DNA of 64,000 nucleotides from the human T2T-CHM13v2.0 reference genome, Homo sapiens: assembly GCF_009914755.1 (NCBI RefSeq), contig NC_060932.1; one strand, given 5' to 3'. Every line of letters begins with the position of its first letter. The stretch's first letter is position 1. The position numbers were made by a program, and so were the translations under genes. Of this stretch, positions 17,556 to 30,645 are shown one piece after another. The notes under the pieces were generated by a model. The model was not told where the DNA came from. It ran no database searches and saw only the letters and a list, made by a program, of their open reading frames with translations.

Positions 17556-17877
17556 CCAGGCACCGTGGCTCATGCCTGTAATCTCAATGCTTTAGAAGGC
17601 TGAGGCAGAAGGATTGCTTGAGGACAGGAGTTCAAGATGAGCTTGGGCAACATAGTGAGACCCCCTTCTCTACAAAAAAGTAAAAAATTAGCCAGGCACA
17701 GTGGCACACCTGTAGTCCCAGCTACTTGGGAGGGAGGCTAAGGTGGGAAGATCCCTTGAACACAAGAGGTTGAGGCTGCAGTCAGCTTTGATCGCGCCAC
17801 TGTGCTCCAGCCTGGTTGACAGAGTGAGACCGTGTGTCAAAACGAAAAAAAAAAAAAAAAAAAGGAAAGAAAAAAAG
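17556..17877 (+). mobile_element. AluJ
   Basis: Full dimer with poly(A) tail from about 17845. Confidence 0.93.
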
Positions 17878-17879
17878 GA

Positions 17880-19460
17880 TGATAAGTGTATATAAAGGAG
17901 GGAAAGCTATAATACTATCAGATGTGATCGGGGATATTTCACAAAGGTGATGATATTTGAACATAATCTAAAAGGACATGGGAGTTTGTTAGGAAGACAA
18001 AGTGGGAGGACAATCCAGGCAGAGACAACAGAATGATGAACAGGTATGCAGCCATAATCATTTGGGTATCATGTAGAGAAAACTCTGTGTTTTTTCTCTA
18101 CTCTCACACTGCAGCAATCATCAACACAGAAAAAGACTTCTGTGACCAAATGTGTGTGGGATTTTTCCTCACACGCAACGCAGCGGACACCAGCTGGGTG
18201 TCTTCTAATTCAGTTTGGACGCTATCTACAGGGACATAGTGTCAGATCCCAAAGGCTGAGGCTTAGTCCCCAGGACTTCCCCCACACACACCAGTTGCAA
18301 GTCTGGGCCTCCCAAAATTCTGACCCACCAGCTTCAAGTTGGGGTTCCCACTACCCTCTCTTTGAGTTTGATTAATTTGCTGGAGCAGCTCACAGAACTC
18401 GGGGAACGTGTTTGTAGGCTTATTATAAAGGATATTGCGAAGGATACAGAAGAAGAGACACGTAGGGTGAGGCATGGGGGACGGGGTATGGAGCTTCCAT
18501 TCCCTCCCTGGGCATGCCACCCTCCAGGAACCTCCATGTGTTCAGACCTTCTCTGAGCCCTGTCCTCCTGGGTTTTTACAGGAGCATTCCTTCCCTTAGA
18601 GTATAAGGGCAGGACCCTCTCTGGGAAGAGTCTTAAGAACCACAATCAGAAAGGCAGAAAAAAAGGAGAGTCCTGCCTTGAGACAGGTGAGAGGAGGGCA
18701 GGAGAAGATCAGAGACCTTCCTCTGAGGCCTAACACATCCAAATTATAGCAAAAAACTGTAACAAGGGCTTTGGGAGTTATGAACCAGGAACCTTGGCCC
18801 AAATCCAATCTATTTCATAACACCACAGGTATGCTCCTAAATTCTTCAGGCACACAGAGTAGCAAAGAACGAGGCTAGGAAGATGGGTGGGTGTAGCTTT
18901 TACAGGACTTTTTCTGCCTTAGAATGTTCCCTTTATTTTTTAGGCAACAGTGAATCTATTTTCAAGGTGGGGGTCAGTCCTGATTATAGCAGTGATTCCG
19001 AGAGAGACTTGGTAGATGTCTGAGGTAAAGGATAGAGATGAATCCCAGGAGAATAAAATCAGGGACGCAAGTTAGAAGATGTTTACAATATTCTAGAAGA
19101 TATTTTATGTACATCTGGTGAGCTAATAGTAGAGGTGCTGATAAATTTGAATTCAAGGGATACCTGGGAAAGAGAATTGATAGAAGCTAATAATTCAGAG
19201 AAGTGAGTGAAAATTATTTTCTTTATCAAGATAGAGCAGGATTGAGTAAACAGATACTTTGATAGTGGACATGTTGAGTTTGGGGTACACAGGCTTCCTT
19301 GATACCTGTGTCATGATCTCACTCACTAGTGAGTCCGTTGGACATGGAGGACAGTGGGGATGGGTTAGGTGGGAGACTGGCCTGTAGTTTTTGAATGGGG
19401 TGATGAAAAACAAATCAGGGAAGAGCAAGGGGTGGCACAGAACAGTGGGATATGAAGTGC
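17880..19460 (-). mobile_element. L2 remnant split by a MER21 LTR
   Basis: Antisense L2-like text on both sides of the LTR (GGTGATGATATTTGAACATAATCTAAAAGGA; TGGACATGTTGAGTTTGGGGTAC). Confidence 0.55.
18069..18827 (-). mobile_element. MER21-family solo LTR
   Basis: AAGACTTCTGTGACCAAATGTGTG; GGACACCAGCTGGGTGTC; GATTAATTTGCTGGAGCAGCTCACAGAACTC; candidate TSD GGTA 18065-18068 / 18828-18831. Confidence 0.85.
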
Positions 19461-21629
19461 AGAGAGCCACAGCCAAGAGGACAGATCTTAATTCTATGAA
19501 TCAAATTTATACCTAATCCAGGCTGCAATATTAAGTGTTCTGGGAAAAGCAGGTTCTCCATTATCAGGTACAATCTGAATTCATAGAGAGGATCTATGTG
19601 AAGAAATTTAAGAGATTCTTAGAAGAAAATCAAAGTCAAGCTAGAAGGAATGATGTTCCTACTAGTATTACCTCCCCTAGGGATGCTGATGGAAGCACTG
19701 AATTCAAGATACTGGAAGATGGGCTAGTTTGTCACCTGGTCTCAACAAAAGGGAGCCTGTAGGGGCACTGCAGAGCATGTACTCACCAGTTCCCAGGGCT
19801 TGCTCTACCCACAGGCTATCAGGCATAGGTATTAATTATTTCTCAACCTTATTAGCTAGTATAAGTGAGCCACTGGTATACCATGCTAGGCTCAGTTCTG
19901 ACTCATTTTTACTTTACTATTTTTACTTACCAGGAGTAAGTAATTCAGAATGATTAAAGGAGAGATTTGGAGACAGGAATATTTGGAACCACAGCTGGGA
20001 AGACAAGTGGTTTTGCTAGATCCTGGAGAATCTTGAATGCTAGGCTAAAGAGTACTGATGATGTATTTTACTCAATGATCATTTTTGAAGGATTTTGATC
20101 ATGAATTGTTTTGGTATTACTTAGAGCACATGCTTGGAAAATTATTGATTGTGGGAGAAATATAAGATTGCATATAGGGTGAACAGAAACTCTCCAAAGA
20201 ATTTTTAGCAAAGTAGCACACTTGTAGACTGTTGAAAGATCGATAGCTGTGAATCACACCGGCAACAAAAGATCTGAACAAAGCTGTTTGTGGAGGATTC
20301 AAGGGCAAAGTTGCAATCAATGACAAACCCCATGAGCAGAGGCCAAGGGGTGGAAAGAGCTACTGGTTGTAGACTGAGATCTTCAACTCTTTGAAAGAAA
20401 TTGCCTGGAGCTTCTACATACAACTCGATCTTGGGGCATGCACCATGAGACCATCTTTGGTGCAGCTCTATTATCTCTTGGTATTTAATCACATAACCCT
20501 CTTGGAACTTCTCCAAATTTTCAGGGGAATTGTTAGATACAGTGAACAGTATTATAGCGAGGTTCTAGAAATGTGTCTATTCAAAAAGACAACAGTGCTA
20601 AATATACCTTTTGCATGTTGTAATGTTGGGGAGACCTTGGTAACAGAGCATGCAGCATGTCATTGGCTCAGCTTATAAACAACAGGGCAAATGAAGGTGT
20701 AGATATTCTTTAGACCTTATTTTCTATTAACATTTTGAGAATTGTAAGACTGCTAGACCTTTAATACTTGGATATTTGGTGCAATTCTCATACCAATCTT
20801 CTCTTGGGATACTAAGAATCATAGAAAATGAGCAGTTAGGAGCCAAAACAGAGAATCCAAGCAGCTTATAAACTGCAGCATAAACCAAGTGACCAGTACA
20901 TTGCTCTGTACTGACAACATTGGAAGAAAGGACGTTCATCTGAAACTCACTACACTCTGATCATTTATTCTTCTGTAGACTTGGTGTCTGTCTATCCAAT
21001 AGTCAAGTCCAGTTGTAAAAATGAGACAGTAAGGAGTGAGGAGGTGGTTGCCAGCAAATTCTAGACTGATATTAGAGTCACTCTTTTGACTTAGATGGCT
21101 GAATCTCTACATAAGAGTCTAATCAACTATTGATATCTAAATACATTTTTAGGCCACTTGGAGACAAATGACCCAATAATGAAAATCTGTAACCAAAAAG
21201 GTGAGAAGAGCATACTCTAAGAAACCATTACTGAGAAAATGCAAGGGAGCAACACAGCATTCATCCAATCCAATCCTAGTAAAGAAAACGATTACAAGAT
21301 ATTTATAGTTTTAAAAATTAGGGAATTACTGTTCATGAAGGAACATTATGCAGCCAATAAATAATTGAAACTGCCATTCCTTTCTGCTTCTACTGGCCTT
21401 CAGTCAGGAAAATAAAAGTTTTAATTAAGCTTAAGATCTTCATCAGTTTGTTTAATTCTTTTGAAAGACCCACTTGGGATTAATGTGTCTAGAACCTTTA
21501 TCATCATTGGTGGGAGATGTGCCAGTTTCAGGACAGAAAGAATAGGATATGTAATAAGAGATAACCCATCCTGTTGGAAATTATTCCAAACGGTACAATC
21601 ATCTTCTTAAGACTTCCTCTACCATGATA

Positions 21630-21850
21630 GGCTTCTAAAGTCAGACTGCACAGGGCTGTAATGCATATCTACCAGTCTCTTAAATAGGACAAGTTGCTTG
21701 ATTTTTCAGTGGTTTGGATTATCTATAAAAGGGGGGTGACGTTGCCTCATAGTATAGTTGTGAAGATTAAATGAGATAATATGTGTGACATGCTTTATAG
21801 TGACATGTCTTATTGTGAGCTCTCAATATATGTTAAGTATGATTATTATT
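21630..21850 (+). mobile_element. MIR
   Basis: GTTGTGAAGATTAAATGAGATAAT...CTCAATATATGTTAAG. Confidence 0.7.
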
Positions 21851-22199
21851 GTATGATAATAATATTAATTCTAGGTTATAGTGCACATGGGTTAGTGAGT
21901 AAGTGAGAAGGACATACTACAAGATGTATCTGCCATGATCTCCACTATGGGTGGCCAATAAGCCATTTTTCTCTTATAGATGATTAGCCAAACAGTGACA
22001 TTTGATTTCACCAGGTTCATTAAGCAGAGATTTTCCAATGCAGTGAAGATAAATAAATATTTGATTCTGAAAGAAATTTAAGAGAAAGGAGAGATGACTT
22101 GGCAGGATTAGATACTCCTTAAAAAGATTACTGTGGTGTGACTGAAGAAACACCCAACAGGAGCCAGAAAACTTTCCTCTACCCCCCACCAAGTAGACA

Positions 22200-22313
22200 G
22201 CAAGCCTCTGGTATTGGGTACCATGTCTTACCCTAAGTGGAATACACCATGCCTACTGCACAGTCCAGTTTACAGTAGGCATTTAGTAACTGCTGAAGAA
22301 ATAAATGAATGAA
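22200..22313 (+). mobile_element. L2 3' end
   Basis: CAGTAGGCATTTAGTAACTGCTGAAGAAATAAATGAATGAA. Confidence 0.55.
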
Positions 22314-22496
22314 CCAGATACTTAATCTCATACACACCACAATTTATATGAATCTCAGTTTGAATTTGATTTCTGTTACTCTTAAAATGATGGTGTTGTG
22401 TTAGTTATCTTTAAAATATAATGGATCTTAATATATTAAATATCTTGATTGCAAAAGAAACAATTTCCTGAGAATCAAAATTATTATATGGATTAG

Positions 22497-23111
22497 CAAG
22501 CTTGTCCAACCCACAGCCCACAGGCAGTATGTGGCTCAGGACAGCTTTGAATGCAGCCCAACACAAATTCATAAATTTTCTTAGAATATTATGAGATTTG
22601 TGATTTTTTGTGTTTTTTTGTTTGTTTGTTTTTTGTTTTGCTCATCAGCTATTGTTAGAGTTAGTGTATTTTATGTGTGGCCCAAGAAATTCTTTTTCTA
22701 ATGTGGCACAGTGTATTAGTCTGTTCTTACACTGCTATGAAGAAATACCCAAAACTGGGTACTTAGAAAGGAAAGATATTTAATTGACTCACAGTTCCCT
22801 GTTGTTGGGGAGGCCTCAGGAAACTTACAATCATGGCAGAAGGCAAAGGAGAAGCCGGCACCTTCTTCACAGGGTGGCAGGACAGAGTGAGTGCAAGCAG
22901 GGGAAATGCCAGATGCTTATAAAACCATCAGCTCTCAGGAGACTCACTGACTATCCCAAGAACAGCTTGGGGGAACTGCCCTTATGATACAATTACCTCC
23001 AACTGGTGGAACCCTTGGAGGATAATGGGGATTACAATTCAAGATGAGATTTTGGATGGGGACATAGCCAAACCATATCACCTAGAGAAGCCAAAAGATT
23101 GGGCACCCCTG
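22497..23111. mobile_element. MER30 (hAT-Charlie) interrupted by a THE1 LTR
   Basis: CAAGCTTGTCCAACCC...GCTTTGAATGCAGCCCAACACAAATTC at 22497-22711; resumes GAAGCCAAAAGATTGGGCACCCCTG at 23081-23111. Confidence 0.9.
22712..23080 (-). mobile_element. THE1D-like MaLR solo LTR
   Basis: TGTATTAGTCTGTTCTTACACTGCTATG...GGCCTCAGGAAACTTACAATCATGGCAGAAGG...CCAAACCATATCA; degenerate 5-bp TSD CACAG/CCTAG. Confidence 0.9.
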
Positions 23112-23280
23112 GTTGTGCATCTCAAACTTTATTGTTTATACAAATCACCTGACAATCTTGTTAAATACAGAGTCTGGATCAGTAGGCCTGGGAGGGACTT
23201 AAAATTCTGAATTTCTAAACAGCTCCCACATGACACTGATACTTCAGTTCCATGAACCACCACACTTTGAATAGCAAAGG
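23112..23280. mobile_element. MER5A-like (hAT-Charlie)
   Basis: CTCAAACTTT...AATCACCTG...CTTGTTAAATACAGA...TTTCTAAACAGCTCCC...CACACTTTGAATAGCA. Confidence 0.75.
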
Positions 23281-23336
23281 TTCAGGGGGTTGTGGAAATC
23301 CTTTCTTAGATTATAAAACATAAGAAAGAATGTCTT

Positions 23337-23643
23337 TTTTTTTGACAGTCTTGCTGTGTTGCCCAGGCTGGAGTACAGTGGCTCAATCTTGGCTCATTGC
23401 AACCTCTGACTCATTGCAACCTCTGCCTCCTGGATTCAAACAATTCTCCTGCCTCAGCCTCCCTAGTAGAGTGGTTGGGATTACAGGCATGTGGCACCAT
23501 GCCCGGCTAATTTTTGTCTTTTTAGTAGAGATGGAGTCTCACCATGTTGGTTAGGCTGGTCTCAAACTCCTGACCTCAAGTGATCTGCCAGCCTCAGCCT
23601 CCCAAAGTGCCAGAATTACAGGCGTGAGCCACCGTGCCCAGAC
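23337..23643 (-). mobile_element. AluS with an internal 17-nt tandem duplication
   Basis: TSD AAGAATGTCTT 23326-23336 / 23645-23655; CTCATTGCAACCTCTG at 23393-23408 and 23410-23425. Confidence 0.95.
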
Positions 23644-25579
23644 TAAGAATGTCTTAAGACAGATACAAATACATTACTATTTAAGTTCAGAGGAGGTATG
23701 GAGGATTATTTGTGAAAGACATGACGTTTTACCTTCAATTGAAGGGTGAGTGGGCTTTGTGACAGCACATTACAATTTGCAAACTGTTTTTCACCTCATA
23801 TTCCAATGGTTATTTACAGATTTTATAGACTCTTTTAAATCTCACACTGAACCAAAGAAGTGGACATAGACTTTAAGTACTATTATACAGAGCAGCAAAA
23901 AGGATTCAAAGAGACTGCTGATGTTCCCAGGCAGTGAACAGCAGTTCTGAGACTAGCATATAGGTCTTCTGAATCACAGTCAGTGTTTTTGTTCAGATAC
24001 ATTACACTTCCTCTAACTAGATGAAGATTAAGCCTATAGTGCTATGAACTTATCACTCATGATGTTTGACGTTGCTCACCAGGACACAAATAGTGAGGGA
24101 TCCCTAATGAAATACATTACCATATGATGTAAACAAGCCACTATAGCTATTTTTCTTCATACTTGCCAGCTATTTTTGAGATTCAATGCCTTTGCTTGGA
24201 AATTCTCAAGTAAGGATTAAATGGGACAGAATCAACAGGCTCTGAAATATCCATTTCCCATGGAAAAAGGTATTCATGGAAATATCAAACAGTTTATCAA
24301 AGATTTATAAAACCAAGAGTTTGGCAACAGATTTGGTCTCCAGTCCTTCCTCTGTTAGTACACACTAATACCCAAGCAGTTGTTTTAAAATGTTCAAGTG
24401 GTTTTGAATGCACTATGATATGTTTTTCACTCTCAGCATTCATGAAGGTCAAAGGTACAGAGATAAATATGACTGAGAAAACATCAAACATTAACAACAT
24501 ATTAGTAAACCAGCAGAGCTCAAGTATTTAGGCATTACTTAAATTTTAATAAATGCTGTCTTCAAAACCCTTTGTTCAGCTGATTGATCTTAAACAGCTT
24601 TGTCTCCCTAGAGACTTACCAGTAGAGTCAAATGTAAATTTATATTTTAATGTTTCCCCGTGGTCCAGGTAAAATTTTCCCAGAAAATGAGGACAATTGC
24701 ATTAATTCTCACAGATGCAAAACAATTCCCTTGTCCTTTGCTAAGTTCTAATTTTGGTTTGTTGGGTTGCCCCTCTGAAAAATAGCATATTCAGCAAGAT
24801 CTATATATTAAAAATAGCTAGGGCAGAAGTTACAAGACTTTGAACACATGGTTCAGTGGCCTATAACACTCAAAAACACATTCAATTCAAACTTCTAATT
24901 GTCTGGTATTTTTTATTTGTACCAATTCTACTTTTGTGGGCTTTCATGTAAAAAATAATCCGAGCAGCTTCTTCAGAAGTTGAGAAAAATCTTCTATCCT
25001 TACAAATGCTCTCTCAAGCAACAGGGATGGTACCACAGGCTTTGAGACAGATGGTAGCCAATCCAAATTCAGTATGGTAAGCAGGCACCACTCAATAAAA
25101 CTTTAATTGCTGCATATGGTATCTGCTAACTTGTTTAGAAAATGGATATGCAGCATTAGCTCAAAGCATTTAAATGGCCTGATAGCACTGGACAGCATGT
25201 TGGGCTGCCACCTGGAAGACCCAAATTTCATAGCAGATGTAACACTAGAAGAATAAAGCTGGTGGTTGATAGTCCTGGAATGGAGATGACATAGTAAGCA
25301 CCCAGCTGTTCCCCCCACCCACACTGACTCCTATTGCTTTGGTGTCACTTCCACCAACTCCTGAAATCACTCATGTATTGTTTTCTCCTCCCAAGGAGAG
25401 AAAAAAAAATAACTAAGCTATACCATAAGGTTGAAATGGGAAGGGGTTCATGTCCCTACTATAGCCTGGGAAATGTGGAAGATGCTTTTGAATGCAGTTC
25501 AGGGAGAAAAAAAAGGATAAAGATCTGGATGGAGAATGCCCGACATATGTGCAAATTTGTGCCAAAAGATGAGAGCCAA

Positions 25580-26340
25580 GACAGAAGAGAAGGTTCCTTC
25601 TGAGAGTGCTGAAGAGATCCTTGCAATTTATCATTTGCATTTGTCTTGCCCTGGCAAACAATAAATAACACTCTACACATGCTGAGGAGGTCAGCTTATC
25701 AGCCCCCTGATTTCAGAGACTGATGAAGAGTGAAACTTGCCATTTCTTAAAACACGGACTCTTTAACCCCTTCCTGCCGAGTTAGGTAGCATAATGAGTA
25801 AAAAGAGAAAGAGAATTTCAAGATCTCAGTCTATTTAAAGACAGAGGAACAAAACTAATTGTTTTTCAGAAAGATTGCAGAGGAATACTCACTTTTGCAC
25901 ATCAGTGCTATGCTCCACCCCACCCCAATCTAAATTAAGAAAACCCACAAACGCACTTTCCAGGCACACTATTGATTTCTGACCTGTAAATTACTCTCCA
26001 TCAAAAAGGTTCTGGTGCAGACTAGGGGTTTAGAGTAGCCTGGGTACTTCTCAGCTGCAATCTGCATAATGTTTAGTATTCAGTGAGTTAAAGCAGGCAA
26101 TGAAAGGGAACTGTCAACGCAATCTAGAAGATATAAAGAAATGAAGGGGGGGGGGGGAGCCGTATGTTAATAATCCACTCAGTAATTAAGTGAAGATCGC
26201 TGCCAAGCGCCACTGCCACTTTCAAAGGGTAATTTGTACAGGAAATCATAGAGTCATTGTCAAATCATTTCAGGATAAAAGGAAAGTCATCAACTGAGAT
26301 AAGATAAATGCTGGGTGTCTGGCAGCATGTGCCCTAGGAA
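25580..26340. promoter_or_regulatory. Candidate enhancer / conserved noncoding element
   Basis: No recognisable repeat; ATTTGCAT 25633; FOX/SOX GCAAACAATAAATA 25654-25667; TAATCC 26171; TAATTA 26183; TTCAAAG 26221; CATTGT 26255; AGATAAGATAA 26297. Motif inference only. Confidence 0.4.
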
Positions 26341-27144
26341 ATGCCTTTGCTTTTAGTTTTTTTTTTTCTTTAAAAAAAAAAACCTTGCAAAAGTGGGGCT
26401 AGAAAAACTTGACAGGTTGAAATGTACATTTACTATTAATAATAGGGGCAGTCTATGCATGGATGCGTTTTTAAATAGGTTACTTGAACAAAAAAAATGG
26501 TAAAATAGATCAGTTAAGAGGACTTAACTTGTAACTAGTATACTGTATGTGATTTTTCTGTTTCTGCCCTCCACCCTTCGTTTGGAGCCATAAAGAAGTT
26601 TTCAATCATTTCCCTTTTGCTTCTCAATTTTAGCTAAATTATAGTATTTTAAAAGTATTACTAAACATCCTGTTCTCTTAGGAAGACAATAATTCCACCC
26701 CTGAAATATTTTTTTAAGAAAATCAAAGGGGGAAGAAAATCATCTTTTTCATTTACTTTTCCCTTTTATGCTCTTGAATTAATACTTTAATGTTGAGTTT
26801 GCTTTATCTCACAGGGAATACTGCAAAATTAATGAGTGAAGTTTGTGAGGTAGCTATAGTATTTTTCTGGAAAAGTAGAGGATAGTGGCTTAAAAAGCGT
26901 TATTCTTATGGAAAATTTTCAGCATAGATATATATTCTGTTTGTTATTCAAATTTACATACTCCTTCATTGACTTATTCCAACTTAACCTGTGTTAGACA
27001 AATGGCTCCAAAAAGAATACATTGGTTTATGCATTTGTGGGTAGCTATTTTGACACAGTTAAATTGATTCCTTGGATGAAATGTTTCACCCAAATATTTT
27101 CTTAAAGCTGATGTCTTCTGTCATACTGAAAGAAAAGTTTGTTT

Positions 27145-27157
27145 GCTCTAGGGGGCA
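27145..27157 (+). promoter_or_regulatory. Possible CTCF motif
   Basis: GCTCTAGGGGGCA versus core CCASYAGRKGGCR (2 mismatches). Confidence 0.3.
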
Positions 27158-27224
27158 AAATGTCGTGATTTTTGAGACTCACTGTTAAAGGACTTTCCCT
27201 ATCATGTCACTGCTCCGTCCAATA

Positions 27225-27541
27225 ATGCGTGGATAGTGGCTCATGGCTGTAATCCCAACACTTTGGGAGGCCAAGGTGGGTGCATCACTTGAGGTCAGGA
27301 GATCCAGACCAGCCTGGCCAACATGGCGAAATCCCATCTCTACTAAAAATACAAAAATTAGCTGAGCATGGTGGTGCATGCCTGTAATCCCAGCTACTCA
27401 GGAGATTGAGGCATGAGAATCCCTTGAACCCAGAAGGTGGAGGTTGCAGTGAGCCGAAATGGTGCTGCTGCACTCCAACCTAAGTGACAGAGTGAGATTT
27501 TGTCTCAAAAAGCAAACAAACAAACAAAACAACCAACCAAC
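27225..27541 (+). mobile_element. AluS with (CAAA)n tail
   Basis: Full dimer, ATCACTTGAGGTCAGGAG, microsatellite tail. Confidence 0.93.
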
Positions 27542-30069
27542 CATGGATAGTGAAATCAAGATAATGGGTCTTCATGGGATGCCTAAACATAGGAAATATG
27601 TAATCATTGTTTGCTTGAGGTGTTTTCTATTTTTTTTTATTGCTTGGCAAAGTCATTTTGGTATGAAACCATAGATTTTGTAATATGTGACTAATGATGT
27701 TATTCATTTAACCAACATATAAAGAGTACCTGCCTTCTGGCCAGGTATTGTGTTAAGACACTGACCCTACTAAACTCTTTGGTAAAGAGTTTCTTTCTAA
27801 TGTTAGAAGCAAATGAACAAATAAATAATTGATATATTTGAACATTTTCATTCTCTAGATATTGTCATTATGCATATCAGTTTGCATCTCAGGGCTTATT
27901 ATTTGGTTCTTAAAAGGACATTTGGATAATTTAGTGTTGACTTCCAATGAATCCTTCACAACAGTTGTGAATCTGTAAGTTTGTCATTTGTCTCATCCTT
28001 CTTTCTCTTTCTCTCCTCTTCCTTCCTTTCTTTTTTTTCTTTGTCCCTCCCTCACTTCCTTCCTTTGTTTACCCTCCAGTGAGCTACTGATTTATCCATC
28101 TTCCCATTCAATTCTACAGAGCAACTTATGTAATGAATATTGTGATGTCAGAATACAGACCATTTGTGCCTTGGAAGTTACAACTTGAATGATGGGAAAG
28201 AGGATATAAAATTGAGGAAAAAAGAATACAACTGTCATAAAGCATAGTATTTTATTCTAAGCAGCAAGGCAACTACTTTCTGGGCAGAGTTAACAGAATT
28301 CATTTAGAGTATATAATTCAGGTTATTGACTTAACAAGATTGGTTGTCTGATTCTCCTGGAAATCTTTTCTCTTTCATTAAATTTTAGTAACATCAGCAG
28401 GCAGTTGAGGTGGGAAATAGTAAAGCAGACATACTAGGAAGGCTGAGGTGACCATAAGAGATATTAAAAAATCAACTATTAAAGCATCGTTGTCTGGAAG
28501 CTTTTAGTCTAAGGGGACACAATCTTGTGCAATGTGTTCACATTTATTAGGAGAATATAAAAACTGGTGTTCTTAATAATGGCCCTGAATTTTTATCAAC
28601 CTTTTAAAATATATAAAGTTATTGGTTATTCTGTGTAAGATAAAGTTTACTGGGAGCTCTCATATTTAAATTTAACTGTCTCTTCTCTGAAGTTAAAAAA
28701 ATAAAAACAATAAAAAAGGCCTCATACATATGGATTACATAGTGGGTTGATTATTTTTGGTCTCATGTTCAGTTTGTTATAAACATTTAGATTTTATTAA
28801 AGTTTATGAAATGTTAAATTAATTAACTTAATCATATTTAAAAATTGTATACATAATATTTTAGAGCCTTTAATATACATCATAGTTTTCTGTGAGTATA
28901 TAACAGTATATAATATTTTCCAAATATACTTCACCATAATATTCCCTTTTCAAGGAAGAGTTTGGGAAACTAGTCATCTGTGAGTACACCTCTTCTAATG
29001 AAACAGAAAATAAAAGTTTCTATTTTATTGATATTTAATAAAATTGAAACAATTACTGTTTAACGTTACATATTTGGCAAGCAAAAAATTAAAAATAGGC
29101 CATTTATTCAAAACTCTTGTCTTAAAGCTTAATATTAGAAGCCACCATTCATTGATGGTTATGTCCCATTCAACATTTATTTAATTATTCCAACAACCAT
29201 ATATGCGGATGAGCTTATTCGCATTCTACAAATGAGTACACTATGACTTACTCTTAATTATCTTGGTAAAGGCCATATACCTTATAACTTATAAGCAGAA
29301 TTTTAAACCCAGGGGGCTCTGTCTGGTGCCAGAGAAATATTCTGTTATATGGCTTCCTTCTTTTGGGGAAACATTAAAAATTGTTTCAGAGATGAACATG
29401 AAAACAAACTGTATATTTATTTAGACATGATTTTGAGCGTAACCTGTATAAAAGGCTCTGAGATTCCAATGGAAAGACCTCAATCTAGAATAATAATTTT
29501 AAATCCTTGTATTGTTGAGAATAATGAGAGCAGAGTAAGGTCAAATATGTTTTTATAAAACAAATGAATTCTGGTTTTATCAACCCACACAATGAACAGT
29601 CTTAAAGAATAATGTGTTTCACAATATGATAAAATTGCTTTGAATGCTGATCTTGAAAAAGGCCTAAAGGGAAAGACTCCAGTATTAGCTCTTTAGCTTC
29701 TTAGAGGTATAGACTAACCTTTCTAAAACCCAAAGTTCCACTAATTTTTCAGAACATTAAAATCAATATTCTTGCTTCCAATTAGCTCCTTTGGAAAACA
29801 CTGTTAGAAATCATTCTTCAGAGATGAGTTTTACTTTACATTTTAAAAAGTATAAACATCTTGTAAGGTTGAAAGTAAAAATTAAGAAATATAGATTGAT
29901 GAAATTAGTGACTAATTTAAAAATGGGCCAAAAGTTTACAAAACAAAATAGTTGCATAGTTCACCATTTTCCATTATGATAACTAATGAAATTAAGGAAG
30001 TTAATGTCATTTTGTCTGGCTGAAATGTTTGCTCATCTTGGGCAAGGAGGCAAATAATTTCTTAGAAGG

Positions 30070-30645
30070 TGTGGAGATAGTTTCTAAACTTGGCTGCCAT
30101 CAAGTCCTCCCCTCCTGATACATATAGGTCCTCCTTCCATCAGCGGTAGACTCTATTTTCTCTCCTCTTGAATCAGAAATGGTCTTCAAACTTACTTCAA
30201 TCAACAGAATGCAGCACAAGTAACACTGCACCAGTTCCAGGCCTAATTTTTAAGAGGACTGACAATTTTCTCTTTCTGGGGAATTCAGCCACCATGCTAT
30301 AAAGAAACTTTGGCAAGTCTACTGCATGAGGGAAAATCACATGGCCAGGGCGGGGGGGGGTGCGGATGAGGTGGGAGAGAGAGAAAGAGAGAGAAGACTC
30401 CATTTGCAGGAGTTACTGAAATGCCAGACACATGCACAATGCTTTCTTTGATATTTCAGCTTGGCCCAGTGGCAGCTCAAGCCAGCTGAGTGAGTGACCT
30501 CAGTCAAACCAGATGGGGCAGAAGAATCATCCATCTGAGCCCTGCACAAATTCTGGATCCATGGAATCATAGGAAATAATACAATGTTGTTGTTTAAAGC
30601 CACTAGGTTTTGGTATGAATTATAATGTAATAAGTGATGAAGGCA
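30070..30645 (+). mobile_element. Old MaLR LTR (MLT1G/H-like)
   Basis: TCAACAGAATGCAGCACAAGTAACACTG; CTGAGCCCTGCACAAATTCTGG; TTGTTGTTTAAAGCCACTAGGTTTTGG. Confidence 0.75.

Noticed and set aside
18142-18808. Overlapping ORFs here and at 55049-55710
   Set aside because: They lie within LTRs and show no gag, pol or env similarity.
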